Assembly (NCBI GenBank): GCA_963755755.1
Contig: CAVWLJ010000009.1
Span: forward strand, 176,358 to 240,357
Direction of reading: 5' to 3'
DNA: 64,000 nt
Source: an uncultured Actinomycetota bacterium
GTDB lineage: Bacteria > Actinomycetota > Actinomycetes > Actinomycetales > Kineosporiaceae
The stretch's first letter is position 1. Every line of letters starts with the position of its first letter. Made by a program: the position numbers and the translations under genes. The notes beneath the pieces are model-generated. The model worked only from the letters and a program-made list of their open reading frames with translations, did no database searches and had not been told where the DNA came from. Shown here piece after piece: positions 13,280-23,391 of the stretch.

Positions 13280-15014
13280 TCAGCGGCGGAGGACGAGGGC
13301 GTCCCAAGGGGCGGGTCGCCAGCGGCCGTCGGCGTCCGGAGGAACGGGCCGCTCCGACGAGCCCGAGGCCAGCAGCACCTCGGCGTCCGACCATCCGGCG
13401 GGCACGGCGACGTCGGCGTCCGACGACGAGAGGTTGGCCAGCACGAGGAGTTCGACGCCCTGGTGCGACCGGGTGAACGCGTAGACGTGCTCGTCCTCGG
13501 GCAGCAGCATCGTGAAGTCGCCGAGCGCGACGGCGGGCACCGTGTGCCGGAGCTCGATCAGCCGGCGGTAGTGGGTGAACACCGATTCCGGGTCCTTGCG
13601 CTGGGCCTGCGCATTCACGACGGCGTGATCGGGGTTGACGCCGATCCACGGCGTCACGTCCGGCGCGCAGAAGCCGGCGTGGTCGCCGGCGTCCCACTGC
13701 ATCGGCGTGCGGGCGTTGTCGCGTGACGCGCGCCGCAGGCCGGCGAGCACCTGTGCCGGGTCCTCGCCCAGGCCGACCGCCGTCCGGTAGTGGTTGAGCG
13801 ACTCGACGTCCCGGAACTCCTCGATCGAGGTGAACGGGAAGTTCGCCATCCCGAGTTCCTCGCCCTGGTAGACGTACGGCGTCCCGCGGTGCAGGTGCAG
13901 CACGGTGCCGAGCGCCTTCGCGGACGCGTCCCGGAACTGCGGCCGGTCGTCGCCGAAGCGCGAGACCACCCGCGGCTGGTCGTGGTTGTTCCAGTAGAGG
14001 CTGTTCCAGCCGACGTCCGCGAGGCCGGTCTGCCAGCGGGACATGATCGCCTTGAGCGCCGGGAGGTGCAGCGGCCGGACGTCCCACTTCGTCGGTCCGT
14101 GGTCGACGTTGACGTGCTCGAACTGGAACACCATGTCGACCTCGCGCCGGGCCGGGTCCGTGAAGCGCCGGGCCTCGTCGACCGTGACGCCCGGCATCTC
14201 ACCAACCGTGAGGAAGACCTGATCGCGACCGCCGAACACCTCGCGGTGCATCTCCGCGAGGAACTCGTGGATCCGGGGCCCGTCGATGTAGGCGGCCGAA
14301 CCGTCGGCGAGCCCGTCCGGCGTCCCGCCGGTGGCGGTGAGCGTCCGGCCGTCAGGCAGCGCGGGGTCCTTGGAGATGAAGTTGATGACGTCCATCCGGA
14401 AGCCGTCGACGCCGCGGTCGAGCCACCAGCGCATCATCGCGTAGACCTCGGCCCTGACCTCGGGGTTCTCCCAGTTCAGGTCGGGCTGCCCGACGGCGAA
14501 GATGTGCAGGTAGTACTCGCCGGTCGTCTCGTCGAGCGTCCAGGCGGGGCCGGAGAAGAACGATCGCCAGTTCGTCGGCTCCGCGCCCGGCCGCCCCGCC
14601 TCGAAGCCGGCGCGCGGCGGCCGCCACCAGTACCAGTCGCGCTTCGGGTCGTCCCTCGACGAGCGGGACGCGACGAACCACGGGTGCGCCGACGAGGTGT
14701 GGTTGACGACGAGGTCGAGCACGAGCCTCATGCCGCGCTCGTGCAGTCCGTCGATCAGCGCGTCGAGGTCGGCGAGCGAGCCGAAGAGCGGGTCGACGTC
14801 GGTGTAGTCGCTGATGTCGTACCCGTTGTCCTCCTGCGGCGAGGGGTAGACCGGCGAGATCCAGACGACGTCCACCCCGAGCTCGGCGAGGTGGTCGAGG
14901 TGCTCGAGGACGCCGCGCAGGTCCCCGACCCCGTCGCCGCTCGGCATCGGCGAAGCTGCGCGGGTAGATCTGGTAGACGACGGCGTTGCGCCACCACACG
15001 TCCTGGTCGGTCAC
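13280..15014 (-). CDS. GH13 alpha-glucosidase / oligo-1,6-glucosidase-like enzyme; one +1 frame break at ~14945
   Basis: GTG 15014 gives VTDQDVWWRNAVVYQIYPRSFAD. GDGVGDLRGVLEHLDHLAELGVDVVWISPVY, LDLVVNHTS, GFRMDVINF, EMPG and FQFEH follow. Confidence 0.85.
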
Positions 15015-15085
15015 GGCCGCGACTCTAGGGCTCTCCCGGCGGCCGGCCACCCCGAGATCGCCGCCGGCGCCCTCCTCACCCGTGC

Positions 15086-18000
15086 TCAGGCGGAGGCCTG
15101 CCGCACCGTCGACCCCCACCGGGTCTTGACGACCTCGAGCCGGGCCGGGATGCGGTCGCGCAGGTCGGGCACGTGGCTGACGAGCCCGACGACCCGGCCG
15201 CCGCTGCGCAGCGCGTCGAGCGTGTCCATGACCTCCTGGAGGGTCTCCTCGTCGAGGGAGCCGAAGCCCTCGTCGACGAACAGCGTCTCGACCCGGGCGC
15301 CGCCGGCCTCCGCTGTCACGACATCGGCGAGGCCCAGGGCAAGTGCCAGGGAGGTGTAGAACGACTCACCGCCCGAGAGGCTGGCCGTGTCGCGGCGCCG
15401 GCCGGTCCAGCCGTCCACGACGCGCAGGGCGAGGCCGGAACGCCCGCGTCCGCGCTCGGTCTCGTCGCAGTGCTCCAGGCTGTAGCGCCCGCCCGACATC
15501 ACCTGGAGGCGCTCGCTGGCGGCGGCGGCGACCTGCTCGAGCCGGGCGGCCAGGACGTAGGAGGAGAGGCTCATCCGCAAGGCGTTGTCGCCGCCGGTCC
15601 CGTCCAGGCAGCGGGAGAGATCGGCGTGCAGCCGGTAGCGGCGGCGGAGCGGCTCGGTCGCCTCGAGGTGGCGGCGCAGCTCCACGTCGAGGGTGTCGAG
15701 CGCGTCCGCCGCGGTGCGGCAGCGGTCGAGCCCGGTGGCGGCCGCCTCGTCGTCGCCCTGGGCCAGTTCGAGCGCCGCGGCCGTCACCGAGGGTTCGGCG
15801 AGCGGCGCGGACGCGGCGGCCACGAGGTCGGGCGCCGCGAGCTCCGCCTCGACGACCCCGAGCTGCTGGTCGTACGTCCGGCGGTCCTCCTCGAGCCGGT
15901 CGACGACCGGTGCGGGGAGCACGGCGGCGACCGCGGCCTCCAGGTCGCCGAAACCCGCCTCGGTCGCGGCCCGGCGGGCGGCGTCCGTGACCTCGGCGAG
16001 GTGCTGGGTCGCCGCCCGCAGTTCGCGTCGGGCAGCGAGCAGTGCTTCGGCGGCGTGCGCGCGACGGCGCACCACGGCCTCCCGGGCGGCGGGGCTGGCA
16101 TGGCCGGCGGCCGCCTCCTCGACCCGGTGGCGGACGGACGCGCGCCGCTCGTCGAGCCGGGCGAACTCCGCGGCCGCGGCGTCCCGATCCGCCCGGAGGA
16201 CCTCCAGACTGCGGTCCGCGGCCTCGATGGCGTCGTCGGTCCGCCGCAGCGCGGCCTGCAGGCGAGCGGCGCGCTCGGCCGCGGCCTCGGCGCCGCGCAG
16301 CTCCTCGGAGGCCGCGTCGACGGCGCCTCGGGCGGCCTCGGGTGAGAGGCCCCCGGCGGCGGCGACCGCCGCGCTCCTCCGCTCCTGCGTGCGCGCCAGC
16401 TCCGCCTCCGCCTCCGCGAGGGAGTGCTGAGCCGCGACCAGGGCCGCCTCGGCCGCCCGCTCGGCGGACGCGTCCGGGGCGCCGGGAGCGGGCGACGCGG
16501 GTGCCGGGTGCTCCTCGGCCCCACAGACGGGGCAGGCCCCGCCGGGCAGGAGGCCGGCGGCGAGCTCGGCCGCCATGCCGGCCAGCCGGCGTTCGCGGAC
16601 GTCGAGATGGTGCTGGCGGGCGTCGTCGCGGCGCTGCCGCAGATCGGACCGTCGCTCCGAGAGCGTGGCCAGCTCGTCGCTCAGGCGGGCGGCCTCGGCG
16701 GCGGAGCGAGCCGTCACCTGAGCCCGTTCCAGCGTTGCCCGGGCGGCCTCGACCCCGGCGGCGTCCGGAACGGACGCGACAGCCTCCGCCCGCAGCCGGA
16801 ACCGCCGCGTCTCGTGCGCCTCGCGGTCCGCGGAGGCCGCGTCGAGGGCGGCCTCGGCCGACGCGAGAGCCTTCCTGGCCGCCGCGGCCGACCGTTCGAG
16901 CCCCGCCGCGTCGGCCGCCTCCTGGCGCACCGCCGCCAGCCGGCCGAGCAGCTCGCGGTCCTCGCCCGCGCGGTTCTGGAGGGCCTCGTCGTCGAGCTCC
17001 TCCAGCCCGGGGGCACCCTCCGCACCCGCGCCGCATCGGGCGAGGGCGACGACGGCGGCGTCGACGCCCTGCAGGGCGTCCGCGGAGCGGGCGCGTGCCT
17101 GCGCGAGCGGTCCGGTCCAGGGCCGGACGCCGGCGGCCCGGCGGGCAGCGGCGATCCGGGTGACGCGCTCGGCCTGCTCGGTCGCCCGTTCCCGCAGGGA
17201 CGCCTCCCGGGCGTGAAGCTCAGAATGCCGCGCCTGCAGGGCGGCGAGGTCGAGGGTCGCCCGGTGCTCGGCCGCGGCGTGCTGGGCGCGTTCCTGCGCG
17301 GCGACGCGGGCCTGCCTCGCGGATTCGAGGGCGGCGGCGACGTGCGACCGGAGCGCCGCGATCCGCTCCTCGGGAGCAGGCCCGGGCTCCGGCGCCGGTT
17401 CCGGCTCGGGATCAGGCCCCTGTCGCGGGGGCGCCCCGACCATCCCGGCCGCCTGCTCGGCGCGGGCCAGCAACTGTCCGCTCCGCACCTCGGCCGCTTC
17501 GACCGACTGGCGGTGCCCGGCCTGCGTCTCCCGCAGCCATTGCTGCACGGCGGCGAACCGATCGGTGCCGAAGAGCCGCTCCAGCAGCACGCGGCGTTCC
17601 TCGGCGCCGGCCCGCAGGAAGGCCGCGAACTCGCCCTGGGGGAGCAGCACGAGCTTGGTGAACTGGTCGATCCCGAGCCCCAGGACCGTGTCGAGCAGGT
17701 CGGCGGCCTCGTCGATGCGGCCCGTCACCGGGTTCCACTCGCCCCCGACCAGTTCGCGCACGAGCACCCGCGCCTGCTCGGTCGTCGTACCCGCTCCGCG
17801 CTTCTTCGGGCGCTCCCACGCCGGCGACCGCGTCACCTCCCACCGCCGTCCAGAGGCGGTGAACTCGCAGACGACCTCCGGAGCCACCCCGGCGGCCGCG
17901 TGGTCGCTGCGCAGGCGCGCGCCCTGCCGGGCGCCCGGCACCACGCCGTACAGGGCGAAGCACACGGCGTCGAGGATGCTGGTCTTGCCCGCGCCCGTGG

Positions 18001-18106
18001 GGCCGTGCAGCAGGAACAGGCCGCCCGCGGCGAGGGCGTCGACGTCGACCTCGACGGTTTCCGCGAACGGCCCGAACGCGGTGATCGCCAACCGGTGCAC
18101 CCTCAC
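15086..18106 (-). CDS. sbcC: DNA double-strand-break repair ATPase SbcC (Rad50-like)
   Basis: GTG 18106 overlaps the sbcD stop (GTGA). GPTGAGKTS is present, with very long Ala/Glu/Arg coiled coils. The zinc hook is GGACPVCGAEEH. LSGGESF and LFVDEGFGSLD are present. Confidence 0.9.
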   Translation of the reverse strand: MRVHRLAITAFGPFAETVEVDVDALAAGGLFLLHGPTGAGKTSILDAVCFALYGVVPGARQGARLRSDHAAAGVAPEVVCEFTASGRRWEVTRSPAWERPKKRGAGTTTEQARVLVRELVGGEWNPVTGRIDEAADLLDTVLGLGIDQFTKLVLLPQGEFAAFLRAGAEERRVLLERLFGTDRFAAVQQWLRETQAGHRQSVEAAEVRSGQLLARAEQAAGMVGAPPRQGPDPEPEPAPEPGPAPEERIAALRSHVAAALESARQARVAAQERAQHAAAEHRATLDLAALQARHSELHAREASLRERATEQAERVTRIAAARRAAGVRPWTGPLAQARARSADALQGVDAAVVALARCGAGAEGAPGLEELDDEALQNRAGEDRELLGRLAAVRQEAADAAGLERSAAAARKALASAEAALDAASADREAHETRRFRLRAEAVASVPDAAGVEAARATLERAQVTARSAAEAARLSDELATLSERRSDLRQRRDDARQHHLDVRERRLAGMAAELAAGLLPGGACPVCGAEEHPAPASPAPGAPDASAERAAEAALVAAQHSLAEAEAELARTQERRSAAVAAAGGLSPEAARGAVDAASEELRGAEAAAERAARLQAALRRTDDAIEAADRSLEVLRADRDAAAAEFARLDERRASVRHRVEEAAAGHASPAAREAVVRRRAHAAEALLAARRELRAATQHLAEVTDAARRAATEAGFGDLEAAVAAVLPAPVVDRLEEDRRTYDQQLGVVEAELAAPDLVAAASAPLAEPSVTAAALELAQGDDEAAATGLDRCRTAADALDTLDVELRRHLEATEPLRRRYRLHADLSRCLDGTGGDNALRMSLSSYVLAARLEQVAAAASERLQVMSGGRYSLEHCDETERGRGRSGLALRVVDGWTGRRRDTASLSGGESFYTSLALALGLADVVTAEAGGARVETLFVDEGFGSLDEETLQEVMDTLDALRSGGRVVGLVSHVPDLRDRIPARLEVVKTRWGSTVRQASA

Positions 18107-19343
18107 CCGGCGGCCCGCTCGTCGTCGGCCGGCGCCTGCCCGGGCTCGGCGCTCGCGAGCAGCCGGCGTCCGGCGCGCAGCGGGGCGACCCCCGACTCCC
18201 GGGCGAGCGCCACCCGGGCGCCCTCGACGGCGCCGCGCAGCACCTCGCGCTCGTCGTCGTCCGGCGCGCGGTGCCGGACGTGCTCGACGAACCCGCAGCA
18301 CAGCTCGAGGTCGCCGAGCCCGGCCGTCCGCCGGGTGTAGGCACCGGCCCCCGCCGCGCCCCCGGGCTCGAAGCGCAGCTCCAGGGTGTGCGGGAAGCGC
18401 ACGCGCAGCCGGGCCATGGCGTCGGCGGGCCGTTCGTCGTCCGTCAGGGTCACCTGACACCAGGCGGCCTGCGGCGCTCTCGAGCGCCGGGTCGGCGAGC
18501 AGCTCCTCGAGTCGCCCGCGCAGGACGGCCAGCCGGCGGGGGACCGGCGCGTCGACGGCGTCCACCCGTGCCAGGCCCGCGCGACCGAGCTCCACCAGCC
18601 AGGAGCCCTTCACGTGCCCGTGCTCGGAGAACGAGTACGCGAGCGGCGAGCCGGAGTACCGCACGGCGTCCGCGAGTCGCTGGCGGCCGTGCAGGTGGCC
18701 CAGGGCCACGTAGTCGACGCCTTCGAAGAGGGCGGCCGGCACGCCGCCGATCCCGCCGACGCTGATGTCGCGCTCGCTGTCGCTGCTCAGGCCGCCCACG
18801 ACGAAGGCGTGGGCCGCGAGCACGGAGCGGGTCCCCGGCGCGCGGCCGGCCAGGTCCGTGCGGACGGCGTCCGCCGCGGCGGTGAGGACCGCCTCGTGGC
18901 CGGCCCCGGGAGCCTGCCCGAGCGCCGTCGCGACGAGGGCCGGCTCGAGATAGGGGAGGGGATAGATCGCGACCGGCCCGTGCCGGTCCTCGAGGAGCAC
19001 CGGGTCGGCGCAGCGCGCCGGGGTCGGTCCGGACGTGCACGCGTGACCGCTCCAGCAGCCGGGCGGCGAACCCGAGCCGGCGGGGGGAGTCGTGGTTGCC
19101 GCTGGTGAGGACGACGACCGCGCCGGTGCCGGCCAGCCGCGCCAGGGCGTCGTCGAGCAGGGCGACGACGTCGACGCCGGGCAGCGCCCGGTCGTACACG
19201 TCGCCCGCCACGACCACGACGTCCACCTTCTCCGCCCGGACGACCTCCACGAGGTGGTCCAGCACGGCCGCCTGCTCCGACAGCAGGTTCACCCGGTGGA
19301 ACGACCGCCCCAGGTGCCAGTCGGAGGTGTGGAGGAGCCGCAC
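18103..19343 (-). CDS. sbcD: Exonuclease SbcD (Mre11-like); two +1 frame breaks (~19020, ~18470)
   Basis: MRLLHTSDWHLG, VVVAGDVYD, TSGNHD and ALGHLHG are present. The C-terminal MTLTDDERPADAMARLRVRFPHTLEL lies in a third frame. Confidence 0.9.
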
Positions 19344-19487
19344 GTCGCCGACTCTAGGAAGTCGCGGCGGTCAGGTGGGGGCGACGCGCGGAGGCTGTGG
19401 ACAGTGGGACCGGTCACGGCGCGTCGTCCACAGGTCGTGCTCCGGGTCTGATCAGCGGGCGAAACAGGTCTGGCCCCCACGCCTCCG

Positions 19488-20990
19488 GTGTGCTTTCGTC
19501 ATGAGATGGGCGATGAGATCACCGCCAGTCATTACACGCGCGAGGAACGGCAGCGCTACCGCGAGAAGGTCCAGCTGTGCCTGGACGTCTTCGAGCGCAT
19601 GCTCACGTCGGCCACGTTCGAGAGCGACAGCGACGACCCGCTGACCGGGCTCGAGGTCGAGCTCAACCTGGTCGGGGCCGACCGGCAGCCATTCCTGGGC
19701 AACATGTCGGTCCTGGAGGAGATCGCCGATCCGGCCTTCCAGACCGAGCTGGGTGCCTACAACATCGAGATGAACGTCCCGCCCCGCTCGCTCTCCGGCG
19801 ACGCGGCGCTCGGCCTCGAGGACGACCTGCGCGTCTCGCTCAACGCCGCGGACGAGAAGGCCCGGCGGCGTGGCGCCGAGATCATGATGGTCGGCATCCT
19901 GCCCACGCTCATGCCGGACCATCTCGCCCGGCCCGACTGGATGAGCCCGTCGGCCCGGTACACCGCGCTCAACGACATGGTGTTCGCCGCGCGCGGCGAG
20001 GACGTGCACCTCGACATCCACGGCCCGGAACGGCTCAGCCTCTACGCCTCCACCCTGGCGCCGGAGTCGGCGTGCACCAGCGTGCAGCTCCACCTCCAGG
20101 TCGCCCCGACGAATTTCGCCCAGCACTGGAACGCCGCCCAGGTGCTGGCCGGTCCGCAGGTGGCGCTCGGTGCCAACTCGCCGTTCTTCTTCGGGCGCGA
20201 GCTCTGGCGGGAGACCCGGATCGAGCTCTTCGCGCAGTCGACGGACACGAGGCCGCAGGAGCTGAAGAACCAGGGCGTCCGCCCGCGGGTCTGGTTCGGC
20301 GAACGGTGGATCACGTCCATCTTCGACCTGTTCGAGGAGAACGTCCGCTACTTCCCGGCGCTGCTGCCGGAGATCAGCGAGGAGGACCCGGTCGCGGAGC
20401 TCGAGGCCGGGCGCCCGCCGCGGCTGCAGGAGCTCCGGCTGCACAACGGCACGATCTACCGCTGGAACCGTCCGATCTACGACAACGTGGGCGGCGTCCC
20501 GCACGTGCGCGTGGAGAACCGGGTGCTGCCGGCGGGTCCGACGGTGGTCGACGTGCTCGCCAACGGTGCCTTCTACTACGGAGCGCTGCGCGTGCTCGCC
20601 GAGGACGAGCGCCCGGTGTGGTCGAAGATGACCTTCCCCACAGCGGAGGAGAACTTCCGCGAGGGCGCCCGGCTCGGGCTGGACGCCGGGGTCTACTGGC
20701 CCGGGCTCGGCCAGGCCACGATCGACGAGCTGGTGCTGCGGCGGCTGCTCCCGCTCGCGTACGAGGGGCTGGACCGGTGGGGGGTCGACCCGGCCGTGCG
20801 CGACCGCTACCTCGGCGTCATCGAGCAGCGCGCGAAGACCGGCCGCAACGGCGCCGCCTGGCAGGTGGACACGGTGCACGCGCTGGAGGCGAAGGGCATG
20901 TCGCGGCTCGAGGCGCTCACCCGCATGGTCGACCTCTACCTCGAGGGCATGCACGCGAACGAACCCGTCCACACCTGGCCGGTGCCCTGA
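19488..20990 (+). CDS. Glutamate-cysteine-ligase family 2 (GCS2/carboxylate-amine ligase-like) protein; alternative start ATG 19506
   Basis: The protein is 500 aa. TGLEVELNLV, ELGAYNIEMN and CTSVQLHLQV resemble GCS2-type ligases. The call is family-level only. Confidence 0.6.
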   Translation: MCFRHEMGDEITASHYTREERQRYREKVQLCLDVFERMLTSATFESDSDDPLTGLEVELNLVGADRQPFLGNMSVLEEIADPAFQTELGAYNIEMNVPPRSLSGDAALGLEDDLRVSLNAADEKARRRGAEIMMVGILPTLMPDHLARPDWMSPSARYTALNDMVFAARGEDVHLDIHGPERLSLYASTLAPESACTSVQLHLQVAPTNFAQHWNAAQVLAGPQVALGANSPFFFGRELWRETRIELFAQSTDTRPQELKNQGVRPRVWFGERWITSIFDLFEENVRYFPALLPEISEEDPVAELEAGRPPRLQELRLHNGTIYRWNRPIYDNVGGVPHVRVENRVLPAGPTVVDVLANGAFYYGALRVLAEDERPVWSKMTFPTAEENFREGARLGLDAGVYWPGLGQATIDELVLRRLLPLAYEGLDRWGVDPAVRDRYLGVIEQRAKTGRNGAAWQVDTVHALEAKGMSRLEALTRMVDLYLEGMHANEPVHTWPVP

Positions 20991-21116
20991 GGGCGGCTCC
21001 CGCCTCCGGGTGACACACCGGCAGGACGCTGCCGCCGGCCGGGATCGCGGCCGACACTGGGGGCAGGAGCTCCGGACGCCGACCGCTCGGCGCCGGCCCG
21101 CGAGGAAGGACGGCGG

Positions 21117-21770
21117 ATGGTCGCGGTCGCGCCCGGCGATCGGCTGATCCTGCGCACGGACGACGGGTACGTCGCCCTGCGGGCGCTGCACGCCGCCGAG
21201 CTGGTCGGGCCCTGGCGGGTGCGCGTGCTGGCGCTCGTGGGCCGGGCCCGGACGTCCTGCGGCACGCTCGAGCTCGTGCCGGACGCCGGCGGTCTCGTCC
21301 GCCTCCCGGCGCGGATCGGCCTCGTCGACGACGCGCTGGTCCTGCAGGCCGGCCATGCGGGGGCGCCCACCGGCGCGCTGCGGTCCGAGGCGGGCGAGCA
21401 GCGGCGGGACGACGTCCGCGGCGAGCTGCACCTGCCGGTACGCGTCGCCGCCCTGGACGCGCGCGGCGAGGGCGTGCTGCACGGGCAGGTGCTCAGCGGG
21501 CACACCCTCGACGTCTCCGCCGGCGGCGCCCGGCTGGACCTGCCCGGCCTGGCGGAGTCCCTGCCGGCGGGGTGCCGGCTCTACCTGGAGAGCGAGCTGC
21601 CCGACGGGGAGCTGGCACCCGCCGTCGTCGCCGTCGTCCGGCACCGGACCGGCGAGACGGTGCGGGTCCGGTTCCTCGACCTCGCCCCGCTGGACCGGGA
21701 GCGGCTGGTCCGGCTCGTCTTCGAGGCCGAGCGCCGGCTGCTCGCCGAACGCCGCTCCCGCCTCACCTGA
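21117..21770 (+). CDS. PilZ-domain protein (putative c-di-GMP receptor) with an uncharacterised N-terminal domain
   Basis: The C-terminal domain carries QRRDDVR (RRxxxR) and DVSAGG (DxSxxG) at canonical spacing. Confidence 0.65.
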   Translation: MVAVAPGDRLILRTDDGYVALRALHAAELVGPWRVRVLALVGRARTSCGTLELVPDAGGLVRLPARIGLVDDALVLQAGHAGAPTGALRSEAGEQRRDDVRGELHLPVRVAALDARGEGVLHGQVLSGHTLDVSAGGARLDLPGLAESLPAGCRLYLESELPDGELAPAVVAVVRHRTGETVRVRFLDLAPLDRERLVRLVFEAERRLLAERRSRLT

Positions 21771-21877
21771 CCGCGCCCCATCGGCGGGCAGCGGCCGCGT
21801 GGTGACAGGGGAGCGGGGCGGGTGCGATCCTTCGGCTCGGCGTCCGGCCCGGGGCGCCCGGCTGGAAGGAGAGCATC

Positions 21878-23251
21878 ATGCCCGAGGCGCCCACGAAAGT
21901 GCTGCTCGACGAGTCCCGCATGCCGACGCAGTGGTACAACCTCGTGCCGGACCTCCCGAGCCCGCCACCCCCGCCGCTGCACCCCGGCACGCTGCAGCCC
22001 GTCGGCCCCGACGACCTGGCGCCGCTCTTCCCGATGGACCTCATCCTCCAGGAGGTCACCGGCGAGCGGTTCGTGGACATCCCGGGCGAGGTCCTCGACG
22101 TCTACCGGCTGTGGCGGCCCTCGCCGCTGTACCGGGCGCGCCGGCTGGAGAAGGCGCTCGGCACTCCGGCGAAGATCTACTACAAGTACGAGGGCGTGTC
22201 GCCGGCCGGCTCGCACAAGCCGAACACGGCCGTCCCGCAGGCGTTCTACAACGCCAAGGACGGCATCCGGAAGCTCACGACCGAGACCGGCGCGGGGCAG
22301 TGGGGGACGGCGCTGGCGTTCGCCGGGGCGCTGTTCGACGTCGACGTCGAGGTGTGGCAGGTCGGCGCCTCCTACGACCAGAAGCCGTACCGCCGGCTCA
22401 TGATGGAGACGTTCGGCGCGAAGATCCACCGCTCGCCGTCGGAGCTCACCCAGGCGGGCCGCGCCATCCTGGCCCAGGACCCGCAGCACCCCGGCTCGCT
22501 CGGCATCGCGATCAGCGAGGCGGTCGAGGTCGCGGCGGGCGACCCGGGCATCCGCTACGCGCTCGGCAGCGTGCTCAACCACGTCCTGCTCCACCAGACG
22601 ATCATCGGCGAGGAGACGCTCCTCCAGTTCGAGCAGATCGGTGAGACCCCGGACGTCATCGTCGGCTGCACCGGTGGCGGCTCGAACTTCGGCGGACTGG
22701 CGTTCCCGTTCCTCCGCGAGAAGCTCGCCGGGCGGATCGACCCCACCATCCGCGCCGTCGAGCCCGCGTCCTGCCCGTCGCTGACCCGCGGGGTGTACGC
22801 CTACGACTTCGGCGACACGGCAGGCATGACGCCGCTGCTCAAGATGCACACCCTCGGCCACGGCTTCGTGCCCGACCCGATCCACGCCGGCGGACTGCGC
22901 TACCACGGCATGTCGCCGCTGCTGTCGCACGTCTACGAACTCGGGCTCATCGAGGCCATGGCGCTGCCGCAGACCGAGTGCTTCCGCGCCGCCGTGCAGT
23001 TCGCGCGGACCGAGGGCATCGTGCCGGCGCCGGAGCCGACGCACGCCATCGCCGCCTGCATCCGGGAGGCGATGGCCGCGAAGGAGTCGGGGCAGGAGAC
23101 CGTCATCCTCACGGCGTTGTGCGGTCACGGCCACTTCGACCTCGCCGCCTACGACGCGTTCCTCTCCGGGCGCATGACGGACGAGGACGTGACCGACGAA
23201 CGGTTCGCGCAGGCCCTGGAGGATCTGCCCCGGGTGCCCGCCGACGCCTGA
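21878..23251 (+). CDS. TrpB-like PLP-dependent enzyme (tryptophan synthase beta, TrpB2 class)
   Basis: [31 protein letters not shown] (PLP Lys), TETGAGQWG and [11 protein letters not shown] are present. The RBS GGAAGGAGAG lies 4 nt upstream. Confidence 0.85.
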   Translation: MPEAPTKVLLDESRMPTQWYNLVPDLPSPPPPPLHPGTLQPVGPDDLAPLFPMDLILQEVTGERFVDIPGEVLDVYRLWRPSPLYRARRLEKALGTPAKIYYKYEGVSPAGSHKPNTAVPQAFYNAKDGIRKLTTETGAGQWGTALAFAGALFDVDVEVWQVGASYDQKPYRRLMMETFGAKIHRSPSELTQAGRAILAQDPQHPGSLGIAISEAVEVAAGDPGIRYALGSVLNHVLLHQTIIGEETLLQFEQIGETPDVIVGCTGGGSNFGGLAFPFLREKLAGRIDPTIRAVEPASCPSLTRGVYAYDFGDTAGMTPLLKMHTLGHGFVPDPIHAGGLRYHGMSPLLSHVYELGLIEAMALPQTECFRAAVQFARTEGIVPAPEPTHAIAACIREAMAAKESGQETVILTALCGHGHFDLAAYDAFLSGRMTDEDVTDERFAQALEDLPRVPADA

Positions 23252-23279
23252 CGCCGGGCGGCCCGGGCGGCCCGGGCGT

Positions 23280-23308
23280 CGCCGCCGCGCTGCCCGGGCG
23301 CGGCGGCG
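23280..23308 (+). terminator. GC-rich hairpin downstream of the TrpB2 gene (possible U-tract-less terminator)
   Basis: CGCCGCCGCGC-tgcccgg-GCGCGGCGGCG is a perfect 11-bp stem. No T-tract follows. Confidence 0.35.
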
Positions 23309-23391
23309 GCTACCGTGACCTCACCCGGTCTCGGCCCTGGGGAGCGCAAGGTCGCGCGTCCCCGGCCCGTCCTCGCCCCGCAGGAGCGTCC

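Noticed and set aside
15366-17163. Multiple long ORFs on both strands inside sbcC
   Set aside because: They are Arg/Gly/Pro-rich shadow frames of the Ala/Glu/Arg coiled-coil coding region. sbcC itself is continuous, with Walker A, zinc hook and signature motifs in one frame.
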